Shown in pieces: positions 11,786 through 24,879 of a stretch of DNA of 64,000 nt. Below the pieces are notes generated by a model that saw only the letters and a list, made by a program, of their open reading frames with translations, had not been told where the DNA came from and made no database searches. Where the stretch lies: positions 41,666,001-41,730,000 of the forward strand of contig CM052818.1 in NCBI GenBank assembly GCA_028534125.1. The letters are read 5' to 3'. This DNA is from Lama glama. Lineage: Eukaryota. The position numbers were made by a program, and so were the translations under genes. Within the stretch, counting starts at the first letter, position 1, and every line of letters begins with the position of its first letter.

Positions 11786-14415
11786 GGGAACGCAAGAGGA
11801 TCACCCTAAAAGCAGCCCCAAGTTGACGAGCCTCTCATTCCTCATTTACACACAGCTGCCAATCCGTCTTTTCCTGCCCCATCCTTAAATTCAGACGGAG
11901 AGTTTGAGTATCACCACTGTCTTGTATATTTCAGCTTTGATGAACTTTCAACATTCTGATCAGTTTATGGCCTCCTTCTAACCTAATCAGACGAACATAG
12001 AAACATTTAAACCACCAACTAGTACAGTACCTCAGGTCAAGTGTCAGTGCAACAAAATCAGCAGGCAAGACCCTTGTTTTTCCTTTTGATGTCACAGTTA
12101 AGACCCTCTGCATCGTAACGCTGAATGAGAGTGGTGGTTTGTGGCACGGTGCAGAGCTGTAGTTCAGAAGTTGTGCCTTTGTGCAATCTCTATAGGAAAG
12201 GATTGAAGAGGTCCTTACTAGGTCCTTTGTACTTTGTACTAGGAGGAACTTCGTAATTTGTAAAAACAACTTGTAACTACCGGAAAGGAGGATGATGGGG
12301 GATACTATACCCCAAGCCACGCTTTAGTTATCACAGTCAGTCCCTAACACACTAATTCCTTTGAGCTGTTAACCGCAGGCTCTCTGGTGCCTGTGTCTAT
12401 ATATCACATGTCCATTGTGACAATCCTAGAGTGATGATGAATTCCTGTTGTTACCCCAGCCTCCTCATAACTCCATGGCAGGGTGAGACCAGAGTTGTCC
12501 GGAAGAGACTGGGAAAGCAGACAGGAGGGCAGGTTAAGCCGTCACTGATGTCCCCCTCGACCACATCCACCTGTTTGCCCCTGAGTAGACAGAGAGGCTC
12601 TCTCCTCTTCCCTCCTGCTGTGCTTCCCCAAATAACCAACCAGACTTGTTTCAACAATATCCAAAATAGATCAAGTCATAGTCTACAAATGTCCTCCCTG
12701 GATGGAGCTCTTTTTAAGACAAGGTCTGGGGTGGTCTCCAAGGGTGCAGAGTGCGTGAGAGACCACAGATAGATGTCATGAGCTCAACAAGACCCAAGTT
12801 TTGGATTATGTTTTGTGACCCCAGAGAAGACTCAGGAGTGTAACGGGAGTCTCTTTGCGTGGCTTCTGAAAAATCCTGAGCGTAAGTATTACAAGTCAAC
12901 ATAGCTCTGCAGGAAGAATATGGGTTTGAAGATGGAAAGCCTGCTCCCTGCATGGGACCAGGGAGTTAGTGGTGTGGGCTCAGGCAGGTCTTACCCCCTT
13001 TAGATTGCAGTTTCCTCACCTGTGGCAAGGGAGCATCTTGAAGTCTCCTCTCTTTCTTGTATTCTAAGGTAGAATCTCGTGATTCTAAGGAGGGCCCCTG
13101 AGAAAACTGAGATCCATACACAGAATGGCCACCAGGAAGGCAAGCCAGAAGGTGTTTGCCCTACAACCCTTTGGAAATTGGCAGCAATGCATTTCTCCTT
13201 TTATACTTTCCAAGAATTCTAATGGACCATCAAGTATCAAATCAGGACCATTGGAACGTCCCTAAATGAGTTATCTTTAATCTTCCTCCATTCTTAAGTC
13301 TTGCTCATTTCAGTTCAGCTGAAATTGCATCCTACCCTGCGGTTTGCAGAAAAAGTCCATAGTGGTTTTGTCTCCTGGTCTCAATTTAGGGTCCACTCTC
13401 CTCTAATCACTAGATGCCAGTATGTTTTCTAAAAATTCCTGTTTTGCCAGGTTTTGAGTTAATGTGCTTCCTCCACGCGAGTCTGAAGCTCTGCCATAGC
13501 GGCGGTAGCTGAGACACTTCAGCCTTCATTATGAGCTCTGTTTCTAAGCCATGAATAAAGCGAAAATAACAATTAGCTTCATGTAAACACTGAGCCACAG
13601 CATCTCCTTCTCGTGTTCTAGAGAAGGCCCGAGCTTGTTCTGGTAAATTGTCTGGGTGTGATGGGTTTAATCTCTTGCGGACAGTTGAATCTTATATCCT
13701 AACCGGGGTCCTGGAGAGGGTCCCCTGGGACTCTGGGGGGCTTACACAGGGTCAGTTTGGGGACTGCTCACCCCACACCAATTGTGCTGGGGGTCTTGTG
13801 TTTCCAAAAATTCTCTCTCTAGGAAAGCACCACTCCCACTCACTGACAAGCCCAGTGATGTTCCTACAATATGGCGCCACAGTCTAGGACCACATCTGCT
13901 ACAACAGTTTGCTATGGCATCTCTGGGCTCAGTTCCATCTTGGGGATCTGATGCTTTCTAAGGGAAACAGGATTTGTTTGTTTGTTTGTTTGTGAGAACG
14001 CAAGTACCCAGGCTACTTTTCAGCCGTGAATTGGCCTTTGGGCTTATTTCGGTGCACTCAGAAATGATCATCTGGGCTATCTAAATTAATCTTATTGCGT
14101 CCCCACCCCTTGAGTGGTGGGGCTCCTGCCGAGAGCCCCGTGCTCACTCCCTGCTACACCAGTCTGGTCTTCCCAGGGGCACAGTCACACAAACCCATGG
14201 TTCATGTTGCTAAAGGGATGCTGAGGGTCACTCACTTAGGTCCCTAATTCAAGTCTTTCTTCACGTTCCTAGGGGTCTAACAGAACAAACTATTCTCCAC
14301 TTTCACCAACGTCCCTAAAAGTCAACACAAGGACTCCTTTATTGTACAGGATCTTGTTGCTAATTGTCGCTAATCTTGACAGAGAAGAGACAGGGCAAAA
14401 CAGGAAGGAAATCGA

Positions 14416-14800
14416 GTGTCCCAGGCTGAGTACTCCAGAGGCAGATGCTGAGAGGGAGTTTGGAGAGCAAGATGTTTATTAGGGATGGATGCCTGTGAAG
14501 GGAAAGAGAGGCTGCAGGATTGGACAGAGGGAGAAGTTGAGCTGGGATGCAGGCTGGGCAAAGCCTCCACCCTCCCGGAGGGGATCTCTGGAGGGAGTAT
14601 GGTCCTTCAGAGTCCCCATGCAGCGGGGACACAGCTGGGCCTCCATGATCCTCTTGTCTGACCACTCACTTGATAGGGGCTGTCCCCAAAGGTGTGGCCT
14701 TGCACGAGGTGAGTCCCTGAGGCTGCCCTGTCTGTTGACCTCACTCCTGATGGTGGGGGCAACAAGTCCTTTCTTGAAGAGGGTCTGCCTTTGACAGGAA
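14416..14800 (-). mobile_element. ERVL solo LTR, LTR16 family
   Basis: tgtcccaggctgagtactccagaggcagatgctgaga...tttatt...gcaggattggacagagggagaagttgagctg matches the recalled LTR16 antisense sequence. Confidence 0.75.
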
Positions 14801-17800
14801 TGTGCACCTGGAGTGCTATGGACTCACTGTCCCTGGATTATAACTCTCAGTTCTGTTAAAGCTTCCACTGGGTATTCAGGGATGGAATCTGCAAGTCCTC
14901 CCTCTCCCTCCGACTAGGCTTCAAGACGTGATGAAGGAGGCTAGCCAGAACAGGGCTCCCTCCCTGGGCGAGGTCTCCAGTGGGCAGACTGCATCTACAA
15001 ACACGATAAACTGGCTCACTGCTCAATGGCCTGGACCTCTGACCAGTCCCAGAACAAGGAACCTGGGGCATCGACTCCCAGCACAATGCTGCATACATCT
15101 CTTTGCTCAGCTCAACTCTCTTTGCATCTAACAGCCAATACTGCAGTGATATTACAAAGAAGCAAGCTTCTCTGCTTTAATTAGATGTGACCCTTAGTGC
15201 AAAATGCAATTGGAAATGAGCACGTTTTCCGTATCTACCAGTAGGCATTGTGTGATACGAAATGGATGACATTTGCTTTCCTTAGACTCCTGCAAAAGTG
15301 TTTATTTTTACAGAGAGAGTCCGTCAAGCTGCAAATTAGCACGCATACATCCCTTCCTGTTCTCCCCTCCCATCTGGCTTCCTCACTGAAATTACATTCT
15401 TCTCAGCTTGCCCAAACTGTTAGCACACAATTCGGCGCCCATTTGCTTGGTGTCAATTTAATATTGCATTAATTAGACAATTAGAGAAGGGCCAGAGAAG
15501 ATTCCCAGCTAACGTGCTTTAAGAGGGGAGTCAGGGTGATTGGAAATGGCTATTTTTCGTCTTTAGTTTGTTTGGTTTTGCCTTAGCACAAAAATGTTGC
15601 TTGATTCAAGTCGCAGAAGCTACTGGTGAATTGACTCCACGTGATTAAAGTATTTCCATGGAATCAGAACTCCAAGAACTCCCTGCAGGCTCTCGGTACC
15701 ACCCTGAAGACAAGAGTAGCTCGTAGTTTGTTTGTACCATTACCCTCCCTGTGCCTCGAAGGAGCTAGATGCATGACTTGCAAATGGTCGGATGCAAAAT
15801 GAAAAATTCAATCTGATATGATATGGATGAAAAGGCAGCTGCCCTTAGTTCCCACATAAAAACACCCACGTGGCTTTAGTCAAGATGCCAGGGGATGATG
15901 CTTCCATCGACATGGCGTGGTGGTCAGGACTCTGGTCCCCAGACCTGCGGTGTCTGGCTCTGAGATTAGGAAAAGGGATGATTAGGGCAACTCTGCAGGA
16001 TCAGTACAAGGAGCCCACACAGAGGTTAGGTCATACTGACATGGAATATTCAGATAAAACTGAATAATCTGAAAATGACACAGAACTTTATAAAAGCAGG
16101 CTCAGGCGATGAAGCCTTTTCTTTCTGTTTTTATTCAAATACTTGGCAACCTGGGGACTATTATATTTAGTAATGATAATTAAACTATTCCATGTGTTCT
16201 GGTGCTCTCATAATATCATGCAATATTCACTCTGGAACAGATCTTAAACCTAATCTGGTTTAATAGCATCATTTTCTAAATGCACAAAGGGTTTAAGAAA
16301 CTTAGAAACTAGCATTTGGTTTATTAGAACACTAGCCCGGGCCCCGGAGTCCACAGCCAGGATTCTGGCCTCTGGGCTAGGCCTTCCTCAGAGCTTCCTA
16401 TGCCCAGGCAGACTGCACTATCGGGAGCCTCGCAGGGCAGAGATGGCCTACGAGACGGAAACTGCCTCCAGGCAGGTGGAGGCAGGTGGGCATGCCCAGC
16501 ATCCATCAGACGGTCCCCGCTGAGGAAAACAACCCTGGTTTTTCACTTCAATTCCCACTCTGAAAGCAGCAATGTCAACTCTTCCCTTTCTCTGTTATGG
16601 AGACATTCGTGACACAGAAACACCAGACTTCCGACCAGGGTCTCACCAGAGCCCAGTGTCTATCATGTAACTGCAAGGAATCAAAACAGGGTTAGGAATT
16701 GACATTTGGTTGGTATTTGTTAGGTGTTCAATGCTTTCTATCATATAACGATGGCCCTCGTGGGGCCCCCAAGGACCCCACGAGGCCGGAATTTTGCTGT
16801 TCTCTCCATCAATCTCAAAGGATCTCAGAAGCTTACAGTATTCATAAAGCCAGTGCACAGGAGCCCCCCGCATCCGGTCCGCAGTGGGCCTGGCAACCCC
16901 TCCATTTGCATCTGCCCCCTGTCTGCAAAGCCCTAGGTGGTCAGTGCCTCACAGACAGTGGAAGCCCCCTCACCACTCCCCCCTCACTTTATCCCCCTTT
17001 GGATAAAGGGGGCCATTTGCAATTTCCAGACCCAGGCACACCCTGCTCTTCTGGGCCCCGTTTCTCCACCAGCGGGTTAGCCTCCTGCACGGCACCCCCT
17101 TCCATCCTCCTGCGCCCGGCAACGTGGCCCATTTCTGATCGCTTGCTCTCTGTCTGAGGACGAGTGCTCTGTCTTCTTCCTCTGCTCTCTCCTTCTCTCT
17201 TTCCCTTCTCCTTCTCTTCCTCCCTCTTTTTCCTTCTCTCTGGTGATGCGTCAGGAGCGGGGAGCAGGCAGTCAGAGGTGGGGAGTGTCTCTCTGAGCAT
17301 GCTCTGTCTCCCAATTAGGGGCACGAACCTCCTCCAACCCTTTCGTCCTCAGGCCCCAAGCATCTGGCCACTGGGACGGCTTCATCGAGGTTCCCAACTC
17401 CGGACATAGTTAATCCCTTATAAATAAGTTCAGTTTCTCAAATTCAACTGTGCCATTCATTGCCTTATTTCCCCCCAAGAAACGCCCAGGGATCTGTGCA
17501 GAATCCAACTGTCTGGGGGGCATGAAACCTGGGTTATGAGCCCGACTCTGCCACAAGCTCCCTGAATGACACTGGGCTGGTCACTTTCCCTTTCTGTGCT
17601 CAGTGTCCGGCTCTAACACCAGGAGGTGAGACTAAAGGGTTACTGGAAGTCTCTTCTGACTGGAACACTCTGGGATTCGGAGCTGGAGGTGGGGGGAGCA
17701 ACATTCCTGGGGAGTGACACAATTCCAAACAGGGAGATCAAAGGGGCTCAGCAGAGGGAGGCCCCAACCAGGAGCTCACAGGCCTGCGTCTGGGGTCCGT

Positions 17801-18934
17801 AATTAGCCCCTGCCGCCACCTTCCTCTCGGTGGGCTGGGGCGGGCCCAGCACCAGCGTCCTCCCCAGACCAGAGGCAGGAGTGGGGAGGGGGAAGGGGGG
17901 GAGCAAGACCCCACCGGGAACTGTGACATCTGTCTGGAACTTTCTGTTAGACAGATGCAAAGTTTAAACATTCTAACAAAAAGCAGTCCACTCCGGGCTT
18001 TCCCGGCACCAGTGTGAGAACGGCCACTGTGCGGATACCTCTTAAAGTATTTGATGAGAGGCTGAAAGGCTGACAGGCTAACACTTCTCTTCCTTCCAAT
18101 TAGGGGCCTTTAACATCAAAGGCCCAGGCCCCACTCAGCCGGGCTCACTTGAATGAATTAGGGAAGAGAATGAATCCAGGAGTTGCTTCCTTCTCCCCCT
18201 CGCAGAGTCGTGGGGCTCCGGGGGTTTAATAAGATGTTGGAGGTCACAGGGGTCAGGCTCTGACTGGGGGCAACGGGAAACTGCCAGAGTGTTTCAATAT
18301 GTGTGGTGTTTGTCATGCAATCAGGCCCCCACCAAAGCCTCCACTGGTGGGGCCCGTCTTACGGGGACCCTTCCGGAGACGGAGCCCTCCGGCAGGCGGG
18401 GGGCCCCAGGTCCCACTCGGGTGGGTGTTCGGGGCCTGTGTGCAGGGGGCACCAGGGCCGTTGGTTTAGCCGCAGCTTTTTCTGGAGAGCCCAGACCTCG
18501 AATCCTGGAGGTGGGCTGGCTGGGGACACAACCACATCAGGTGCCCCTCTGTTGGCTTCAGAGTTTTGCTGTGGAGACACGGAGGCTGAGTGACGGCGGG
18601 AGCAATTCTTAGCCACTGAGCTCGCTGGCTCTTGGCATCAATCAGAGAGAGAATGCAACGCTGGAAGCGGTCAAGGCCAGAAAAGAAGAGAGAGCTTTCC
18701 TTTCGGTTTCATTTAACTTCGATTGCAAGAGCCCGGGATCTCCTGGACAGCAGCTCTTGCCATGGTTTTCAGCTCCAGCTTGTGCCTTCCAGGGCTGGGC
18801 AACTCGCCACCCTAGAAGGCTGCATCCTTCCCGTGGTGAGCAGCTCTCGCAGTCAGGAAGAGCATCCTTCTGTCGAGTTAGAAGATGCCTTCTTGTCACG
18901 CCCACTCAACAAACTCGGTCCTATTTCACGCAGC

Positions 18935-19150
18935 TGAATGAACAGCAGGATCTCTGGAGCCAGACAGACCTGGACTCAAAACCTGGCTCCATCCTTCCAT
19001 GGGCGACAAACAGGGGAGTCATTTTAACTTTAAGCTTCTGCTTCCTCTTCATCAAATCAGGGTTTTCACATAATAATTAAATGTTTATAAAGTACCTATC
19101 AGAGAGTCTGGCACAGAGCTAGCACTTCATGGGAGGTTCTTATTATCTAT
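18935..19150 (+). mobile_element. MIR
   Basis: tctggagccagacagacctggactcaaaacctggctcc...gagtctggcacagag. Confidence 0.75.
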
Positions 19151-19554
19151 CACCTCCTATGCCCCGTGAGGTTTCCCTTTGCCAAGCTTAACATCCGCCA
19201 CCTCCACCCCCCGCTTCACTGCAGGATGAGGAGAGTGCCTGGTGGGGGGTCCATGAAGGGAGAGGTCTCCAGGGACAGTGAGATAAAGGTGACCTTCCAC
19301 ACGGAGGGGGACTGAGCTGGTTCCAAGTTTAGGTGAAGTCTAGTAAAATGGGAAAGGGCATGGTACACAGAGGACCAGCAACAACGCAGAAGAGGAGTCT
19401 GCAAAGAATACAAGATGTTTAAAGACAGCAAGGTAGTGCGATTTCTCTGGAACACTGGAAGAGAGACAGAGGGAAGACTACGGAGTTAGGACAGGGCTCT
19501 CCCGGGAGAAGCTTTGGGAGTCGTCCCAAGGCACTTCAGGAGTAACTACTATAT

Positions 19555-19720
19555 CCATTGCTGGGCTTTTGAAATAAACCTATGATCACTTCTGATCTTT
19601 ACAACAAAGCAAAGCAGTCCGTATTGCCTCCATTTTACAGATGTGGACACTGAGGTTAAGAGAGTTTCAGCGACCTGTCCAACGTCACAGTGAATAGAAC
19701 TCACTAGAACCTAAGTTTTT
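19555..19720 (-). mobile_element. MIR
   Basis: ccattttacagatgtggacactgaggttaagagag. Confidence 0.8.
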
Positions 19721-20059
19721 CAACATCAAATCCAAGTTCAAAAAAAAGATTTTTGGTCTTGCTGAAAACACACAAGCAATGCACGTAGATGAGGGAAGGG
19801 CAGAGCTCAGGGTGGGCTGGGCCAATAAGAGAAGCTTCCTGGAAGAGGCGGGCCTTCCTTTGAGACTTCGCCACATTGGACTCCATCAGATCTTGAAAAT
19901 CCTGCAACTAAGCCATCAGTCATCCAGTTCTAAAGACAGACAGCTAGTGATGTGTTTAGAATCCAGAGTCTCTCTTACTAAATATTTGAGGGATCCACAA
20001 GATCTTGGAAATTACATCACATGTGTGTTGGTGATGATGGTGGCTTTGGCGTGTAGACT

Positions 20060-20265
20060 AACATGTCTTAAGCACCTGCGGTTTGCTAGAAGCATTTTAA
20101 AAAGCTCTCTGTGTTCGTCTTCACCCAACCCTGTGTGGTGGGCAGTTGAATTTCCATTTTCCAGGTGAAGAAACTGAGATGATAAAGGTTAAGGAAGCTG
20201 CTAAAGGTCAGCCCTTAATCTAAGAAATAGGTCTTCGTGGCCCCAAATCTTGGACTCTCTCCAGC
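20060..20265 (-). mobile_element. MIR
   Basis: ccattttccaggtgaagaaactgagatgataaaggttaag. Confidence 0.7.
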
Positions 20266-22764
20266 CCATTTATTTTACTTCTGAAGAGTGGTGCTCTGTC
20301 TGGGATCGCACATCCTGTGCCTGATGATCTCAAGGTCCGAAAGTCACAGACGGCGGACGGAGGGGATATCACCTGTGTTTCCAGCTCCTGGAGCAGACGC
20401 TGAGAGCCTGACTCCAGCTAATCAACCTTGCCCATTTCTTATTTATGCTCGGAGTGAAAAGGTCCTCAGGACGTCTCCAGGAACCTGGTTATAATTCACC
20501 ATTAATGAGCTGGGTCATTATTTTTAAGGCTCCATCAATATCTCCCTGTGGCAAAGTCAGCTTTAAGCCACAGGTATTTACATACAAATTGCAATGCATC
20601 CCTACCCCTTAGTCACTTCCTCTAGCAAGGGCCACTGCGATCATTTTTCTCAGTCCTCTTCTGTAGCAGCAGTGAAAGAGAACTCCGGAGTGCCTGGAGC
20701 GTGCGCTGCTCCACAGGGGAGACACGCCGCATGCGGGCTGACTGTCCAGCGCCCGAAGAGCTGTAGGTCTGATTGAAGCAGCAACAATCAGAAAAGAAGC
20801 AGAAAAACGGAAGAGTACGCGCTGTGAATGTTATCCTGTATCAGATACGCAGATGCTGGCAGTCTTCCAGAATTCCATGAAGCCACGATTGATTAAATAA
20901 ACCAGAGCTTCCATCTCTGAGGCCTCATTAGATTAGAACAATCAAACACCAGAGGAAGGACTGAGTCCATAACTTTCTGCAGTCAACCGCCAAGCTGAGA
21001 GATGCGGTCAATATTCCTTCTCCTTTCTCCTGGTCTTCATAGCAGCATCCATGGATCTAGACCTTGCATTTTATGTATGCATATGCCAGAGATTGCACAT
21101 TTAGGAAAGAAGAATGGTGTGTTAAGAGAAGAAAGCCATTTCTGTATAAATTAGATAAATCGTATATAAATTGATATGTGTTATTATTATGAGCCTCAGT
21201 ATCTATTGGAAAAAGAGGAAGGGCTATTTTGATTTGGCCATTGATTATGTGGGGAGACTCAGAAATTTGTCAATCCAGATGGGCTTCCTGGAGGCGTTGG
21301 GGCTTGGATTAGGCCCTGAAGATGAGGCAGGGTTCGCCAGGGCCCCCAGAAGCAGGAAGAGTGAGAGGAAGAGACACAGCAGAAGGAATGGGGTGCTACA
21401 TGTGAGATGATGAGACGTAGCCATGGGGCACAGCAGAGGAAGTGTCTGCAGAGAGAGAAGCTGTGACTTGGTTCATCTCAGGGAGCCCCATGAGGGTGAT
21501 TTTATGAGACCCTGAAATTCTGTGTGTAGTACCGCAGGCCCAAGAGACTTGCTCCTGCTGGAAGACCGTGGAAACCAGGGCTCCAGCCAAAGGGCTGTGT
21601 CTCTGGCCCCAGCACCTCAGGTGTCTCCCCTCTAAGCTTACCTGATGCCCCATCATCTCTCCAAGGCTGTCTCGAGTCATCCCCTCTCCACGAAGCCTTA
21701 TACATGACCCCCTTCACCTCACCAAACCTCCACGTCTTCATCTGTAAAATGGGAGGGATGACCTTCCTTTGCCCTGTGCCAGAGGACTGTTCTGAGCATG
21801 AGAAGAAAGGCGGGTGCACTGGCAGGTCCTATAGGAAAGGAGGAGCAGAGCTGAGGAAAGAGCTGGAAAGACCCGGACAGGAGTCCCTGCTCTACCTCTT
21901 CTCCGGATGGCCCTGGGAAAGGGAAATGAGCTCTTCAAGACTCATGTACATCGTCTGGCAAAGGGAGCCACGGTGACTCCATCAGGAGCTAGCGAAAGGT
22001 GGTGAATAGGTGAATGACTCAGCTGCGTTCCAGCTGCATCAGAGGTACCACAGGTTTGCTCCCTGTTGTTATCTGGCATTATCTCTTCTTCCCTTCCTTT
22101 CCTTTACTACTCAAGAACACGGCCAGCCTTGTCTCCAGGTTCCCTGGCCCAGATGGTGATCACATTGTTTCACAGATTACAGAGCTGGTCCTTTGGAGAG
22201 CAGCAGCTCCCACTTTCTCCCAAACTGTGGGTGCTGACCATGATTCACTGGGACATTGGGCTAATTACCAGATGTTGCTGAGTCTCTCTGTTTCCCTCCC
22301 CACAGCCCCCATCCACTGTGGATGTGCTGGCCTCTATGGCAACCATCAGGCAGCAAGCTTATAAATCGGGCTCATCTTCCAGGGCACGGGGCATGTTGCA
22401 AATATTTGACCTCCAGGTACCTCCAGGTCACGGGGATTTATTAGTGGGAATCGGCGGTTCAGCAGATGACATTTTAAAAGGTGTTTTATTGCTTCGTGAC
22501 CTGTGTGCATTGCAGGGTAATTCTGAGGCTTTGTGTCTGAACGACTGTCCAAGTGGCAGTGGCTCCCACCAAGTTGAAGCCCTGCTTGCCCAGGACAGCA
22601 AATTCAAGTATGACCACTCCCACCCCAGTCCTCAGACCCCATGTCCAAAATTTCAGGCTCTCCTCTCATCCCAAGCTGGGATTTGATGCCCAGTCCAGCA
22701 AGGGAGGTTTCCTGTAGAAAGAAGAAGATTCTAATCAGATCTCCCCAAAGGCCATAGAAGTCAG

Positions 22765-22870
22765 ACTATGCTATGCATATGAGGAAACTGAGGCTCAGAG
22801 AGGTGAGGGAGACTTAATCAAAGTCAGATAGCTCATACATGACCGAGTGACCACTGGATGCCTGGGGTAG
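22765..22870 (-). mobile_element. MIR core
   Basis: atgaggaaactgaggctcagagaggtga. Confidence 0.75.
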
Positions 22871-23241
22871 CCCCCCACCAATCATCATTCTGCAACTCAA
22901 GCTACATCTGCAAAATGTTTCCATTTGCTTTAAGAGCACAGGGCATGCCTCGAAGGGTGATTCCTGGATGAGCATCACCAGTGACGGTGCTGCAGAGAGT
23001 GGCCTGGCAGGCTCTTAGAGAAACTCAGAAGCCACTGGAAGATGTAAACCTATCTCTGCATGCACGAGGCAGCCTGGACAGTCTGTGGCCTCTCAGAGCA
23101 GCACGGCACACAGCACCCAGCCTGTTTCTAGCAGCCCTTTGCAAATAAGTGCGGGAGCCCCTCCTCTAGACCACACAGTCTGACTTGGAGGATTCCTGCC
23201 GCCTCTCAGGTTTCCCTTGATCGGAGCACCGACGCCATATC

Positions 23242-24191
23242 CAAGCAGAGCTCGGAGAGATCGCGGATTCCACCACAATAAAGCAAATAATGCAATAAAG
23301 CAAGGCACACGAATGTTTTGACTTCTCAGTACATAGAAAAATTACATTTACAGGATGCTGTGGTCTATTAAGTGTTCAATGGCATAATGTCAAAAAAGAG
23401 TAACGTACAAACCTTAATTAGAAATACTCTTCTGCTAAAAAAACATTAACCATCATCTGAGCCTAATCTTCTTGCTAAGTGGAGGGTCTTGCCTCAACGT
23501 TGACGGCTGCCGACTGATCAGGGTGGTGACTGATAAAGGGTGGGGCAGCTGTGACAATTTCTTAAAATAAGACAGCGGCGAAGTTGGCCACACTGATTGA
23601 CACTTCCTTGTACAAATGATTTCTCTGTAGCCTGTGATGCTGTTCGATAGCGTTTTACCCCCAGTAAAGCTTCTTTCAGAATCGGAGTCCATCTTCTCAA
23701 ATCCTGTCTCAGCTTTATCAGTGAAGTTTATATAATATTCCCAATCTTTCATTGTCACTTCAACAGTCTTCATAGCATCTTCACCAGGAGCAGATTCCAT
23801 CTCAAGAAACCACTTTCTTTGCTCATCCATAAGAAGCAAACGCCTGTCCCATCCGTTCAAGATCAGTCATGAGATTGCAGCAATTCGGTCACATCTTCAG
23901 GCTTTACTTCTAATTCTAGTTCTCTTGCAATTTCCATCACATCTGCAGCTATAACAGTGATGTCAAAAATCACTGATCACAGATCACCATGCAAATATAA
24001 TTATAGTACAAAGTTTGAAATATTGCAAGAATTACCAAAATGTGACATAGAGACATGAAGTGAGCAAATGCTGTTGGAAAAAGGGCACCAAGAGACTTGC
24101 CCAGTGCAGGGCTGCCAAAAACCTTCAATTTAAAAAGAGCAACAAAAAAACCCTCAATATCCGCAAAGCACAATAAAGTGAGGTATGTCCG
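23242..24191 (-). mobile_element. Internally deleted Tigger1 (TcMar/pogo) DNA transposon
   Basis: Both Tigger1 termini are present (caagcagagctcggagagatcgcgg... and ...caataaagtgaggtatgtccg), with a deletion junction near 23950. Confidence 0.92.
23453..23860 (-). pseudogene. Tigger1 transposase C-terminal relic (non-autonomous; lacks DNA-binding and DDE domains)
   Basis: LLLMDEQRKWFLEMESAPGEDA...LSYFKKL...QPSTLRQDPP matches the Tigger1/TIGD1-type transposase C-terminus. Confidence 0.88.
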
Positions 24192-24510
24192 CGTTATGAT
24201 CATCTATACCATCTTCCGACCTGGCACCTACACTATGAACTTCTGGACAGAGACCAGGCTGACTCACTTCTGTCTCCCCAGGACCTTCCCCTGTGCCTGG
24301 CTCAAAGGAGAGGCTCATTATATGTTGATTTCATGGATTGCGCACTCCAAACCTGTCGCCCGAGGGAATGCTGTCTCTTCCTTTCAGCATTCTTCTGGTG
24401 AGTCACGGGCGTGTTGAAGAATACACTTCTAGCCCTGAGACATGCATTAAGGCATGTAATCCAGATTCTGCAAGACTCAGCCCATTCTGGAGAGGTTCAG
24501 ATGATAGAAG

Positions 24511-24511
<1 letters not shown>

Positions 24512-24544
<33 letters not shown>
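24512..24544 (+). repeat. (CA)n microsatellite, about 16 units
   Basis: Directly visible. Confidence 0.98.
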
Positions 24545-24547
<3 letters not shown>

Positions 24548-24605
24548 TGTTTTATCAAACACCAGCCTCTTGGAAGCAGAGATGTGTGGACTCCTCTATC
24601 GGTTT

Positions 24606-24763
24606 GTTTGTTTGTTTTTGTAGAGGGTAGGTAATTAGGTTTATTGATTGATTGATTTGCTTATTTAACTACTTATTTATTAATTAAATGGAGGTACTGG
24701 GGATTGAACCCAGGACCGCGTGCAGGCTAAGGCCGCACTCTACCACTGAGCTATACCCTTCCC
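24606..24763 (-). mobile_element. tRNA-derived SINE, camelid Vic-1 type
   Basis: Minus strand reads gggaagggtatagctcagtggtagagtgc...ggtcctgggttcaatccccagtacctcc (Pol III A and B boxes), followed by an AT-rich tail with cctaattacc. Candidate TSD tcggttt at 24599-24605 and 24766-24772. Confidence 0.88.
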
Positions 24764-24879
24764 ACTCGGTTTCTTGTTCATGATCAATGAAACACACAGT
24801 GGAGCCCAAAATGATAAAGATCTTTTCCCCAGGCTGCCAGCTGTTCCTTTCTTCCCGAGCCAACTCAGTCTTGGCTTCG

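Noticed and set aside
23453..23860. TIGD1 gene call
   Set aside because: Only the C-terminal tail is present, inside a roughly 950-bp deleted element with both termini; it is not the full domesticated gene.
24690..24763. tRNA-like sequence with A and B boxes (also 54940-55017)
   Set aside because: Has AT-rich tails, TSDs and a diverged paralogue, so it is a SINE head and not a tRNA gene.
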